From the human T2T-CHM13v2.0 reference genome, Homo sapiens: 64,000 nt of DNA. Under the pieces are notes generated by a model. The model made no database searches and was not told where the DNA came from. It worked only from the letters and a program-made list of their open reading frames with translations. Made by a program: the position numbers and the translations under genes. Numbering within the stretch: the stretch's first letter is position 1; each line of letters starts with the position of its first letter. The DNA is taken from assembly GCF_009914755.1 (NCBI RefSeq), contig NC_060937.1; one strand, written 5' to 3'. This document shows, piece by piece, positions 35,190 to 49,193 of this stretch.

Positions 35190-36150
35190 TTTTATTTACA
35201 CACTCATCAGTTAATGGATGCTTAAATTATTTTCACTTTTGGTCTATTATGAATAATGCTACTATGAACATTAATGTATAAGTATTTGTGTGAACAAATA
35301 GAACAGACATGGTCAGTTCTCTTGGGTATATTCCTACAAGTAGAATTTCTGGGTCATATGGCAGCTCTATGTTTCATTTTATGCAGAATTTCTAAACTGT
35401 TTTTCAAAGAAACTGTTTTACATTCTGAGAAGCAATGTATGAGAGTTCTAATTCTTTTACATCCTCAGCAACACTTGTTATTATCTGTCTTTTTTATTAT
35501 AGTTATTCTGGTATTTGTGAAGTTTCATCTCATTATGATTGTGATTTGCATTTCCCTAATGGCTAATAACAGTCAGCATATTTTCATGTGCCTATTGGCC
35601 ATTTGTATATCTTCCTTGGCGTAAAGTCTTTCAAATTACTTGCTCATTTTTTAATTGAGTTATTTGTCTTTTGATTTTTAGTTGCAACAGTTCTTTATAT
35701 ATTATGCATAAGTCCTTATCAGACATACAATATGAAAATATTTTGGTTCCTGCTATACATTGGTTTTCCCCTTTATAAGTGGTGTATTTTGTAGATCAAA
35801 AGCCTTTAATTTTAATGAAGTCCAATTTAACAATATTTTTCTCGTGTTGCTTGTGTTTTAAGTGTCATATTTTTTGTTAAGTGTCATAGGTTTTTTAATA
35901 TGAATGAGTGTTGGATTTTCTCCAAAGATTTTCCTACAACTATTGTCATGATAATCCTTTTTGATCCTTTATTTTATTAATATACATATTTTATTAATTG
36001 ATTTTCCGTTGTTGAAGCATATTTGTGTATCTGGGATAAATCCTACTTGGTCATGTTGTGTAATCCTATTTAAAGTTATTGGGTTTAGTTTGCTAGTAAT
36101 TGATTGAGGATTTTTTTTCTTTGCTTTGTATTTATAAGGAATATCAGAAT
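35190..36150 (-). mobile_element. Old L1M host element, 3' part
   Basis: Antisense ORF2 motifs (GATTTGCATTTCCCTAATGGCTAAT, GGGATAAATCCTACTTGGTCATG). Resumes after 41040. Confidence 0.75.
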
Positions 36151-37723
36151 TTTTTTCAATATTTATTTTAGATTCATGGGGCATATGTGCTGCTTTGTTA
36201 CTTGGATATATTGTCTGATGCTAAGGTTTGGGGTATAAGTGATCCCATTTACCAAGGTACTAAACATAGTACACAAAAGCAGGTTTTTCAACCCTTGCCT
36301 CTACTCCTCCTTCACTCCACCTGCTAGCTGTACCCAGTGTCTATTGTTGCCATCTTTATGTTTATGAGTGCCTAATATTTAGCTCCAATTTATAATTGAG
36401 AAAAGACTGTATTTAGTTTTCTGTTACTGCATTAATCTGCTTAGGATAATGGCCTCCAGCTACATCTGTGTTGCTGCAAAGGACATGATTTTGTTCTTTT
36501 TATGGCTGTGTAGTGTTCCATCATGTATATTTGCCATGTTTTCTTTATCCATTCCACCATTAATGGGCACCTAGGTTGATTTCATGGCTGCTATTGTGAA
36601 TAGGACTGCGAGGCACATATGAGAGCCTATGTATTCTTGCTAAAACAATTTGTTTTCTTTTAGATACATAACCAGTAATGGGATTGCTGGGTCAAATTGT
36701 AGTTCCCTTTTAAAGTCTTTAAAAAATCTCCAAACTACTTTCCATAGTGGCTGAACTAATTTAGATTTCCACTGAAAGTGTTCAAGCATTCCCTTTTCTC
36801 CATAGCCTTGCCAGCATCTGTTATTTTTTGATGTTTTAATAATATCCATTCTGACTGATGTGAGATGGAACCTCATTGCAGTGATTTGCATTTCTCTGAT
36901 GATTAGTGATGTGGATAATTTTTTATATGTTTGCAAACCACTTTTATGTCTTCTTCTGAGAGGTGTCTATTCATGTCTTTTGTTCACTTGTATTCATGTT
37001 ATTTGTCTTATGCTTATTAATTTGTTTAATTTTCTTATAGATTTGGGGTATTGGGACCTTTATTGGAAGTGTAGTTTGTGAGTATTTTATCTCATTCTGT
37101 AGGTTGCCTGTTTTCTCTGTTGATAATTTCTTTTGCTGTGTAGAGCTCTTTAATTTAATTAGATCCCACTTGTCAATTTTTGTTTTGGTTGCAATTGCTT
37201 TTGAGGACTTAGTCATAAATTATTTCCCAAGGCCAATGTCCAGAATGGCGTTTCCTAGGATTCTTGTAGTTTGAGGTCTTGTGTTTAAATCTTTAATCCA
37301 ACCTCAGTTAATTTTTTTATATGGTGAAAGGTGGGGTTGAGTTTCATTCTTCTACATATGGCTACCCAACTAGCCCACACTGTTTATTGAATACGGAGTA
37401 GTCTTTTCCCTGTTGGTTATTTTTCTTAACTTTGTTAAAGATCAGATATCTGTAGGTGTGCAGCTTTATTTCTGGGTTCTCTGTTCCGTTCCATTGGTCT
37501 ATGTGTCTGTTTTTGTACCAGTACCATGCTGTTCTGGCACCAGTACCATGCTATTTTGGTTACCGTCACCTGATAGTATATTTGGAAGTCAGCAAACATG
37601 ATGCCTCTGGCTTTGTTCTTTGTGATTAAGATTACTTTGGCTATTTTGGCTGTTTGGAGTTTCATATGAATTATTAAATAGTTTTTTTCTGGTTTTATAG
37701 AAAAAAAACAACATGGTAGTTTG
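36150..37723 (-). mobile_element. L1PA15/16 (L1P4-type) 3' part
   Basis: Antisense 3'UTR and ORF2 (ORF track: [25 protein letters not shown]). Confidence 0.85.
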
Positions 37724-39182
37724 GAACTTCCTAGAGACTTATTGAATGGCTCTGACCAAAATACTGATAGTGATATGGACAATAAAGTCCAGGCTGAAGT
37801 GGTCTCAGATGGAGATGAGGAACTTGTTGGGAACTGAAGCAAAGGTGACTCTTGTTGTACTTTAGCAAAGAGACTGGCAGCATTTTTCCCCTGCCCTAAA
37901 GATTTGTGGAACTTTGAACTTGAGAGAGATGATTTAGGGCATCTGGTGCAATAAATTTCTAAGGAGCAAAGCATTCAAGAAGTGACTTGGGTACTGTTAA
38001 AAACATTCAGTTTTATTTATTCAGAAAGGTATGGTTTGGAGTTGAAATTTATGTTTAAAAGGGAAGCAGATCATACAAGTTTGGTAAATTTGTAGCCTGA
38101 TGATGTGATAGAAAAGAAAAACCCATTTTCTGAGGAGAAATTCAAGCTGGCTGCAGAAATTTGCATAAACAATAAGGAGTCAAATGTTAATCATGAAGAC
38201 AATGGGGAAAATATCTCCAGGGCATGTCAGAGGTCTTTATGGCAGCCCCTCCCATCACAGGCCCAGAGGCCTAGGAGGAAAAATGGCTTCATAGGTTGGG
38301 TCCAGGGCCTTGCTGCTTTGAGCACTCTCCAAACTTGCTCCCCTGCATCCCAGCTGTGGCTAAGAGGAGCCAGTGTATAGATCAGGTCATTGCTTCAGAG
38401 GGTGAAAGTCTCAAGTCTTGGCAGCTTACATGTGGCTTTGGGCCTCCAGGTACACAGAAATCAAGAATTGAGGTATGAGAACCTCCACATAGATTTCAGA
38501 GAATTTGTGGAAATGTCTGGATGTCCAGGCAGAGGTGTGCTGCAGGGGCAGAGTCCTCATGGAAAACTTCTGTTAGCACAGAGTGGAAGGGAATTGTGGA
38601 GTCAAGCACCCTCTGGGGCACTGCCTGGTGGAGCTGTGAGAAGAGGGCCACCATCGTCCAGACTCCAGAATGGTAGATCCACTGACAACATGCACCATGC
38701 ACCTGGAAAAGCTGCAGACACTCAATGCCAGCTCATGAAAGCAGCCAGAAAGGGAGCTGTACCCTGTAAAGACACAGAGGCAGAGCTGCCCAAGGTCATG
38801 GGTGCCTACCTCTTGCATCAGTGAGACCTCGATGTGAGACATGAAGACAAAGGGGATCATTTTGGAGCTTTAAGATTTGACTGCTCTGCTGGATTTTGGA
38901 TTTCTATGGGGCCTGTAGCCTCTTCATTTTGCCAATTTTTCCCATCTGGAATGGCTGTATTTATGCAATGCCTGTATCTCCATTGTATCTAGGAAGTAAC
39001 TAACTTGCTTTTGATTTTACAGGCTCATAGGCAGAAGGGACTTGCCTTGTCTTAGATGAGACTTTGGACTGTGGACTTTTGAGTTAATGCTGAAATGAGT
39101 TAAGATTTTGGAGGACTGTTGGGAAAGCATGATTGGTTTTGAAATGTGAGGATATGAGATTTGGGAGGGGCCATGGGTGGAA
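37718..39182 (+). mobile_element. THE1 internal region, lacking 5' LTR and first part of the internal sequence
   Basis: TTTGGAACTTCCTAGAGACTT...GTCCAGGCTGAAGTGGTCTCAGATGGAGATGAGGAAC, with a purine-rich PPT before the 3' LTR. Confidence 0.9.
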
Positions 39183-39553
39183 TGATATGATTTGCCTGTG
39201 TCCCCACTCAGATCTCATCCAGAATTTTAGCTCTCACAATCCCCATGTGTTGTGGGAGGAACCCAGTGGGAGGTAATTGAATCATGGAGGTGGGTCTTTC
39301 CCATGCTGTTCTTGTGATAGTAAATAAGTCTCATGACTCATGAGGTCTGATGGTTTGATAAAGGGGAGTTCCCCTGCACACACTCTTTCTTGCCTGCTGC
39401 CACGTAAGACGTGTTTGCTTCTCCTTTGCTTTCCACAATGATTGTGAGGCCTCCCCAGCCATGTGGATCTGTGAGTCAATTAAACCTCTTACCTTTATAA
39501 ATTACCCAGTCCCAAGTATGTCTTTATTAGCAGCCTGAGAACAGACTAATACA
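39183..39553 (+). mobile_element. THE1 3' LTR
   Basis: TGATATGATTTGCCTGTGTCCCCAC...GACTAATACA. Confidence 0.92.
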
Positions 39554-41035
39554 ACAGGATTGTGGGAATTTCTCCAGGCATTCAGAGCACCCACCTTCCT
39601 GAATTAGGAGTAGGGAAACCAACTGCACCAAGATCTCTGCACAGAAGAGGTGGGGTGATTCAGGCTGCTGAACCAGGCAAGCAGAAGCTTGGAATGCCTG
39701 GAGATCTACCTGAGCATGTAGCAGCAAAGGCCCCTGCACCAAGACCTCTACCCAGGAAGAGTGGGGCATATCAAGCTGCTGATCCAGGCAAGTTGGTGCT
39801 CTGAATGTCTGGAGGTCTGCCTGAGTGTGGAGTAGAGAGGGCCATTCTGTACCATCATCTATGTCCAGGAAGGTTGGGTGGCTCCGGCTGCTGAACCAGA
39901 AGAACAGGTGCTTTAACTGCCTGGAGATCTGCCCAGGCATGAAGTAGAGAAGGCCTCCCTGCACCAGTAGCTCTGAACAGAAAGAATAGTGGTGAGTCAG
40001 GCTGCTGATTCAAGTGAGTAAATGTCTGGAGGCCTGCCTGGGTATGGAGCAGAGAAAGCCCTACTGCACCAGGATCTCTGTACAGGAAGGGTGGAGCAGG
40101 TTAGGCTCTGAACCCAGTGAACAGATGCTCCTAATGCCTGGAGATCTGCCTTGGCATAAAGTGTAGGGGGCTGCTCTGCACCACAATCTATGTTCATGAA
40201 GAGTTGAGTGGCTAAGGCTGCTAGTCCAGGAAAGCGGCTGCGCCAAATGCCTGAATTTTTGCCTGGGGTTTGAGCAGAAGACCTCACTGCACTATTATCT
40301 TGGTAGAGCAGATGGAGACATCTAGAAATGGCACACACAGACCAATTCCAGGTCACTAGGCTGGCCTTGGCTGCAAATCTCACCACCCAGAAGAAACTGC
40401 AGCTGTAGCAGCACTCCTCCTGCCCCAGGCTTGTGACAAGGGAAAGCACAATTTCAGTGTCTGCTCTGGATGTGCTTTCCATAGCTCTCGTTGTGGAGGC
40501 CCTTATCCCACTCTAGAGCAGGCCCCCCCAATCTCTGCCTCAAGAATAAAATTCCTGAGTGGTCATGCTGCCAAGTTGCCAAAGAATGCCTGACTTTGTA
40601 TGCCTGGATTAAAAATGGTATGCTGTTCTTTGTCCCAGGTCTGGGAAAATGTCTGCAGCTTTTCCCAGTGTCTTTCCCTCACAACATCTCCAAGCCTCTC
40701 CCCATGCTGGCTCTAGGGCTTGGGAGAAAGACAGTGCTGTTTCTCGACCTGGGTCCCTTGAGTTCCCACTGGAAAAATGAGTCACATAGGGAGGCTCTCT
40801 GCTTCTCTCATATCCTCCTGGAGCTTCAGTCATGTTTACCAGACAGATACCATCATACGGACTGTCTGTCAGTGTTCTTTCTCCTCCACAGGATCTGGAG
40901 TGCCCTTCACAATTCTGATGGTTTCCCAGTTTCTTCTTGAACTAAAGCTCACAGAGTTGAACTTTATGCACTATCTTACTACTTCCAAGTGGCTGAGGCA
41001 TCATAAAATCTTCTAATCTGCCACCTTGGGAAAAA
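39554..41035 (-). mobile_element. L1 5' region (L1P4-type) including tandem array
   Basis: Minus strand starts ..CCCAAGGTGGCAGATTAGAAG, an L1 5'-end-like start; GC-richer than surroundings. Lies between the THE1 and the point where the L1M host resumes. Confidence 0.65.
39623..40300. repeat. Diverged ~111-bp tandem array, 6 units plus partial
   Basis: CTG(C/T)AC anchors at 39623, 39734, 39847, 39959, 40064, 40176 and 40287. Confidence 0.85.
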
Positions 41036-41039
41036 CAAA

Positions 41040-44000
41040 TAGGGATTCTTAATTTGTTTTACTTGTGACATATTTGTCTGGTTTTACTAGTCTTATAAAA
41101 AGACTTGGAAAATAATCCCTCCTTTTCTATTTTTTGAGTGTGTTTGTGAAGAATTAGTGTAAACTCTTCTAAACATTTGGTAGAATGTATCAGTAAAGCC
41201 ATCTATTCTAGGGATTATGTGTGTATTGGTGGAGGGAAATTTTATATTGCCTACTTTATTTCTTCCTTCATGTATTTTGGGATTCTCTTGACAGGTGCAT
41301 ATGTGCTTATTGTTATGTTTTCTTGATGTATTAATCCTTTCTATCATTGTAAAATGCTCTTTCTCGCTAATCACAATTTATCTCTTGAAGTTTGTTTTGT
41401 GTGTTATTATGACCAGGTCTCTCTTGATTACTGTTTGAATGATTTATCTTAATTCAGTCATTTGTATTCAAACTGTTTGTGTCTTTGAATATAAAGTGTG
41501 TCTGCTGACTAAAACAGATAGTTGGATTATGTTTTTTTCTAAACCCATCTGCAAACTCTATTTTAAATGGAGTTTTTAATCTACGTACATTTAATGTAAT
41601 TACTGATATATAGAATTTATGTTTGCCAGTTTACCAGTTGTTTTCTATATGTCTTCTGCTTTTTTATTTCTCTATTTTTCTAAGATTGCCTTTTCTTTAG
41701 TGAATAGATATTTTTAATGCACTGTATTAATCCCCTTATCACTGATTTTATTATATTTTGTAAGTTATTTTCTTAGGGTTGCCTGATGGGCTACAAGTAG
41801 TATCTTAATTTTTGAAAATCTAGTTAGATTTACTATCAACTTAATTTTAATAGCATACAAAAATTTTGATTCTAAATAGCATTGTTCTCTCCTTCTTCCT
41901 TTGTTGTATTACCATACATATTACATCTTCATTCATTGTATGCCAATCAGTACATTACTTATAACCATTGCTTTATGCAGTTTATTTTTGAATCAGGTAG
42001 GAGAAAAGAAAATAGTTACAAAAAATACATTTACATTCTCTTTCATATGTTTCTAATTTTTGCTTTTTCTATTGTTCTGCATTTGTTTATATGGACTCTA
42101 GATATTGTCAAGTGTAATTTTATTTCATATTGAAATACCTCTTTTAATATTTCTTGCATGGAAACTTTGCTAGTAAGAGATTCTGTCAGTTTTGGTTTCA
42201 GAGAATAAGTGAGAATATTTTCACTTCTTTTTCATTTTTGAAGTATAGTTTTGTTGGTTATGAAATTATTCGTTGATAATCATTTACTTTCAAAACTTTA
42301 AAAATGTCATCTCACTGCCTCTGGTTTCCATGGTTTCTAATGAAAATTCAGTGAAAAATTATTCAGACTCTTTTGCACATGATGAGTTGCTCCTCTCTTG
42401 TTGTTTTCAAGATTCTTTCTTTGTCATTTTCTTTTGATTGTTTAATTATAATTTTTTAAAAATGTGAATCTCTTTGAGTTTATGCTACTTGGGAGTCATA
42501 GATCTTCTTGGATGTGCAAGTTAATATTCTTTGTCAAGTTTTGGAAGTTTTTAAGTATGTTTTGTATTGTTCTTCACATATTTTTATGCCCCATTTCTCT
42601 TCTGTTCCCTCTCCTTTTGGGACTTCCATTATACATATTTTGCTATGCTTGATGGTATCTCTGAGTCTGTTTGTCTTTATTTCTTTTTCCTTCTGTTTCT
42701 TGCATTAGATAATCTCATTGATCTATATTTAAGTTAGCTAACTCTTTTCCCTGCTTTCTAAAATCTGCTGTTAAGTCAGATTTATATTTATACAATTGCT
42801 TATTAGTATTATTTATTTGGTGAGACATTTATTCTCAAATGTTCCTTTAGCTTTTTGGAAATAGCTTATTTTAGTTATTAAACAAATTTTTATCATGGTG
42901 AATTTAAAAACCTTTGTTTACTAAGCCAAACACCTGAGGTTTCTCATGGACAGTTTTATTGATTGTGTGTTTTTCCTGTGTGTGAGCCATATTGTCTTAC
43001 TTTTTGTATGCCTTATAAGTTTTTGTTGAAAACTGAACATTTTAAATAATAAAAATGTGACAACTCTGGAAATTATATTTTACTCCCTTCAAATTTTGTT
43101 GATTTTGCTGTTTGTTTTTGTTGTCATTTGTTTCTTTAGTGAATTTTCTGAACTAATTGTTTAAAGTTTTTGTTTTTTATCGTGTTTGAACACTGAAGTC
43201 TCTGTTTGCTTAACTTAGTAGTCAGTGAAAGAATAGACAGAAATTTCATTAAAGACCTGGAACCCGTAACTCTTCCGGTCTCTGCTGAGTGGCTCTGTGT
43301 GCATTTCAGGGCACACTTTTAACACCCAGCCGGTTGGTTGACAACTCTGCCTTAGTCTTCACATTCTGCTTTCCCATAGCTTCATGGTCATCTGGAGGTG
43401 AAAGCTTAGGGCCTTCTCATATTTTCCTTGAGAATAAGCATTGTGCTTAGAATGTGCACAATCATACGTGTGTGACCTTTTATAGTGCCAGTAATATGTC
43501 AGAAGTCTTCAAAACTCCTATTTATATTTCCTAGCTTTTTAAGTTTTCCAGCTACCATATTATTTGCCCTAACTGTTATCTACCACTTTAGTCTACCATG
43601 ATTTAAAAAAGTTGCCTTTCAATGTTTTCAATAAGTATGCTAGTCAAAAAGACTTTCATGGGCCAGTTACAAATGAGGTCAAATAAAGACAGTTTTATAA
43701 GTGGTATCTTGCAGTAAGCCACGTTCCAGGTCAAACAATAATTCTCAGGGAACTAAGCTGAAGGCTGCCAGATTGCTTGTAGTCAGTGATTGAGGGATAT
43801 TTATTTTCAAGGTAACTGTATAACTTGAGAGAGGGTGATGAGAATAAGCAGCCTAAAATAACACAAAGCTTACAGTTCTTACCATAATTTAACCTTTCTT
43901 TCTCTTTTGGTTTTTTGTTTATTAAATAAATTATTTTTAGATCCCTCAAAGCATTTGGCTAATTTCCAGAGTTTTAAAAGAGCTGATTCTGATTATTTTT

Positions 44001-44075
44001 GCACATTTTTAATTGTTTATATGGAGGAGATAATTTGCATATGCCCTCACATCATCATTTGCATTGCTATCACTC
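41040..44075 (-). mobile_element. Old L1M host element, continuation toward its 5' end
   Basis: TTTGGTAGAATGTATCAGTAAAGCCATC and other antisense L1 motifs. Confidence 0.7.
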
Positions 44076-45109
44076 TTCTTCTTCATATTATGGTCAAATG
44101 TAATATCACTAGAAATAAAAATATTTTCATGAGCACTTGCTAAGATCAAGATTCAGTCTTAAACTTGACCTTTTCAGAAATGCTTTTCAATATTCAGAAG
44201 GTAGTGGTTCCTTCCTAAATAACACAACATAGCTGTAAACAATTGGATCCATTTCCTTTCCTTACCCATTTCATTCAACAAATGTCTTTTCCCTCAACTC
44301 CCTTATGTTTTAGAATTATCTGACTCCTGTGGTCATCTTCTTTCTGAGGGTTAGCAATCATTCAATAACTTCTAAGCATATAAGTTTTTAGAAATTCATT
44401 TACATGATGTATAGTAGGCACACCATTTTTCATGGAATTGAAACAGGATTCCTTTTTATCTCAAACCTACAGGTTGTTGGTAAGCATGTAAATGATACTT
44501 TTCACTTTGGCTACATCACACCATTCTAAATTCGTATCTTTTCAAGTGCTATTATTTCTGACATTTCAAGCTGTAAACCTAGAAAGGCAGTACTCAGATG
44601 TCCACTTTGTGGATTTTGTATTTTTCTATGTGATAGGCCTATGTAATAATATAGTTTTCCCTTTCAGACACTTCGAATAATTTAAAGCAAATTATTTTCA
44701 TGGAAAACTGGTCCATGTTTGAGTCCTGAAGTGCTTACACTAGGAGGGAAGCAACCTTTTCAGATGAGTGTCTGTTTTACTACATTTCCGCAAGAAACAT
44801 CAAATTTCATATTTCACTATTTTTAAACTAGAGAAGCCTAGGAAATTGTTATTTTCCAAGAACAATATGATGCTGAATTTCCCCTTCTCCCTTCGCCAAA
44901 CAGTGTGATAGAATTTTCAGTCATTCTCACAAGAATTAATAATTAATTATTCTATTACTGTTTCAAAGTAAAAATTCTCTGCCACTATCTCCACAAAATT
45001 TGTCACTTTGCCACCACCAGCACTATGATGACTGAGAATAATCAGGGCATAATTTGATTCCTATAATGTTAATAGAAGCCGACTAAATGGACATCATTTA
45101 TTTGGTAAG

Positions 45110-45236
45110 TGTTAGAGTGTAAGCTCCACGTAGACAGTTTTTTATCTGTTTTTTTCAGTGTCAGATACCAAGATTTGAGCACAGTTTCTGATGTATACTC
45201 AGTGCTAAATAGCATGTTGAATGAAGGGATGAATGA
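45110..45236 (+). mobile_element. L2 3' end
   Basis: TGTAAGCTCCA...GTTGAATGAAGGGATGAATGA. Confidence 0.7.
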
Positions 45237-45669
45237 CTTCTGTGCTCAAATTCTATTTGATTAATTCAAACATAATCTGCCTCTTGTGCACAGGATGAAA
45301 TTATCCTGACTCTGTATTTTTAATTATAATAATAGCAATACGAAATATATCTGTATAATTTTATAAAATTCACAAAATCATTTACAAACCACATTTTCTC
45401 ACCTAAGACTCTAAACAGAGAAAGGCTTTATTAACATAATTTTATTGATAACCACATTTAGACTAGGAGAAATTGAGTGTGATTTATCCAAGAGTCACAG
45501 AGTGAGAAAATCTCAAGAGGTTTCAAACTCAGGGCTTATGACTTCTGAGTCTCTATGTATTTCACTACATCCATGCATTGTATATAGTATTTTTCAAAGT
45601 TTGCAAAACAATGCCCCTTATTTACCTTATGTGATTCTTTTATTTCTCCCCTTCCCCAACTTTGGAGAT

Positions 45670-46175
45670 AAGCAGGGTTTTGTTTATCTAATGCTACACA
45701 AAAAGTCACCCCCAAACTTGGAAACCAAAATAATTATTTATGGTAATTTGTGTTGACTGAGCTCAACTGGTTATTTCTCCCTTGAGATATCTCCTGGAGT
45801 GTCGGTCAGATAGTAGCAAAATCTAGAGTCATCTGAAAGTTCAACTAGACTGGACAACCAAGAAAGTATCTTCATTCACATGTCTGACACCTCAGGTGGG
45901 ATTGCTAAAAGAGCAGACACTATAGCTCTTTTTCTTTTTGTGGACTCTCCATATGGCTATCTTGGGCTTCCTCAAACTTAGAGTCCTCAGAGTGCTTGAA
46001 CTTCATGTTCAAAAAGTTGGCTTCCTACAGACTACACATTCCTAGAGAAAAAGAAACACGCCACATTCTATCATTTACACAGGGCAAGCCCTCATTTATT
46101 TTGGTTAAAAACTATACAAAAAAGTGAATACTGGACAGCATGTTTCACTAAGGGCCATTTTTCAAAAGACAGCCG
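45670..46175 (-). mobile_element. Old MLT1 (F/H-like) LTR
   Basis: TCACCCCCAAACTT, GAGTCATCTGAA and TTGGGCTTCCTCA motifs. Confidence 0.55.
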
Positions 46176-48268
46176 CACTCTACAATGGTGAACATACATA
46201 TTGTAGTACTGAGTGGCCAATTTCTTTACCTATAGCCTGGGTTTGACTCACTTATTGGATTACCTTGGAAATCCAAGGTAAATCTTACTTAATTTCTCTT
46301 AGTTTCCATTCCTTATTAAAGTATAGCAATTGCTACCTCATAAGGTTGTGTCACTTTTGAATTAGATAATCAAAATAAATGAACTTTGCACACTCTAAAG
46401 TGTTATCTATTTTATTAATGGTGTCATGGGACATTGGCTGCTTCTCTTTGAAAATCAAACCTTTCTTCACTGGTACCTTCTTAATCCTCAGAGACTAGAA
46501 ATTTGAAGTCAAAATGTATCATATGAACTGATCTTTCACCTCCACCACCATTTTATTCCACTGTTATATGTACTCAACAGACTTCTTACAGTTAAATTCA
46601 TTTTCCAAAGCAGCCATTCTGACTAACCACTCCCTAATATTCTCTGTACCAAATATGTCTCAAGCCTGGTAAAAAATGGACCCTATAATTTTCCTGGACA
46701 ACATTTCCTTATAAATTCAAATTTACCTAAAATTATCTCCTCCATAATTATTCCTTAAGCTTCTTTGAGATCAGTAGCTTCAAAGTAGGTGAAGTCTCAG
46801 TAACTCGAGCAGAAGATGTTACCTATTAAGCATCTAGCACTATCGCAGGAATTGGTTTCCACTCAATTGTTTAATTATCATCACTGTTCTCTCTCAATTA
46901 GGAAAAAATAAGGATACAAGAGAATAGAAAGTAGGGAAGTATCAGGTATTGTGTTGGAGAAAGGCAGAAAAATTGAGGAGCAATGAAGTGCATGTACGGA
47001 GGGTTACGCTGTGAAGATAGTACTTCAATAGTTTCCAACACGGTGCAAAAAGAACTTTTATGTTCTGAACCAATCTTAATGTTAAATGTAATCTTTATCT
47101 CTCACTCATTGCACTAAAAGAAATACTTGAATTATAATTCTTCATTTGAAACAAATGATAACCGGAATGATTCAGTATAGGGGAAAACATAAGGGGGAAT
47201 GCAGAAATGGTCATTTTCAGGAAAATGCTCTCTGGTAAGAGGTTAGGATGTGGTGTGGTCTTTGCTAGAATTACTGACAGACCAGCCACTCTCAAAGGAA
47301 GGAAAGCAAAGAATGTGATTTCAGATGCAGGCATGCTGATGGATTTGATGGTGGGAGCATCAGGAAATTCTCTTTTGACTGCTTTCATTTTCCCTGTAAA
47401 ATGAAAAACAAGAATATTAGCTGAGAGAGGAAGGGCAGAAAAATTTGGAGGTTTAAGAAGAGAGGTCAAAGTATACCTCAGAAAGGTACATGTCCCAGCT
47501 AGGACCCAAAAACTCTTTTAAGGGATTAGTATGAATGGTGGAAAAGAAAGAATTTTGCTTTTCTCAGATCTGGAATTGCATGCTATATTGGCCTGGAGCT
47601 GCTAACAGCCATCTTTCCAAATGTGTAGAAAAGTCAGACTGAAAACAAAGTCAACACAGAAAATAATAGAACAAATATGGAATGAGAGAGGCAAAATTCT
47701 TACATTACCATTGCAGGGCATGACAGCAGCCAGGCTTGTACAGAAAGCACCCCCTGAGGTTTTCTACTACATGAGTGAATACATTTCTTTGTTGATTAAG
47801 CTTGTTTGAATGTGTGTGTTTTTGTCAATTATAATCAAAAGAGTACTCAATACATCAGATAGTTAAGGAGTAGTGTTTTAAGTTTCAAATAATAAATTCT
47901 TAAAATGACCAGAAAAATAGTGTAACAAATTGATAGATTATCAAGATTGTTTTTAGAATTAGAAAACTGAGTTTGAATTTTGACTGATCCATGTAATGAG
48001 ATGTGTGAACTTTGGGCTTACTTAATCTCCCTGAGCTTCGTATCATCTATAAATTGAGTATAATGATAACATCTCCCATGTAAGTCCTGGGCAATATATC
48101 AATGTTTTATACATATTATCTTCCCAATATTCCAATTCTCCAGTAGAGCAGGTATTATTATCTTGCATTTACGAATGAGAAGAGTGAGACTTAGCAAGGT
48201 TAATAATCAGCCCAACATTCCACAACTAGTAAGGTGGTATTGAACCCATCTTTCTATTACCTGAAACC

Positions 48269-48407
48269 TGGAGTGACCACAAAATCTCAATTCACCTGGG
48301 ACTATTGTAGTCTGTACTTATTGCACCTGCATTCCATCCAATTAGCACACTCTTTCACTTACAAAAAAAAAAATCTTGGATTTGACAATAGATTAGATGG
48401 TCACCGT
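48269..48407 (+). mobile_element. MER94-like hAT-Blackjack MITE
   Basis: Terminal inverted repeats GTGACCA...TGGTCAC, about 135 bp. Confidence 0.65.
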
Positions 48408-48409
48408 TG

Positions 48410-48820
48410 AAGGTTGGGTTTTACAAGAAGCTGACTCTGAAGTCACAGATGAGCTTGCCGGAAGTTAATTGGGGAATACTTTCTGGATCTACACCTTAGG
48501 GGGTAAAAAAAAGATCAAGATTGGCCAGGGGAAGAACAAAAGCCTCAGCAAACCCCACAGGGACCTTGGAAGCTGGAATGACACTTTGGAGTTGTTCCAT
48601 TTGGAACAAGAGTCTCTGAGCCATGATATCACTGTATCATCCCACTCACCATATGAGGTCCTGCCCTAAGAAAGGGAGTGCTCTTCAACAAGGTAGCACT
48701 CTTCAGCTGAGGACAATTTCTGGAGAAAGCTGACAGCTGAGAGTTTTATGCTGGCAGCACTCCCAGTAGCTGGAGAAAGAAGTTCTTCAGAAGGACTGGG
48801 CCACGTACATCTCTACCACA
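48410..48820 (-). mobile_element. Old ERVL LTR (LTR33-like)
   Basis: GAAGCTGACTCTGA...GCCTCAGCAAACCCCACAGG...CTACCACA. Confidence 0.5.
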
Positions 48821-48844
48821 GCTGTAAACTTTCATTTCTTATGA

Positions 48845-49193
<349 letters not shown>

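Noticed and set aside
37517-37560. 22-bp tandem duplication (similar micro-duplications near 29617, 56344 and 59409)
   Set aside because: Ordinary short slippage duplications with no further structure.
39623-40300. CRISPR-like array
   Set aside because: Whole units are homologous with no unique spacers, there are no cas genes, and the context is primate.
37435-40940. Cluster of 140-180 aa ORFs
   Set aside because: They lie in THE1 internal and L1 5' repeat sequence, overlap on both strands and show no host protein motif.
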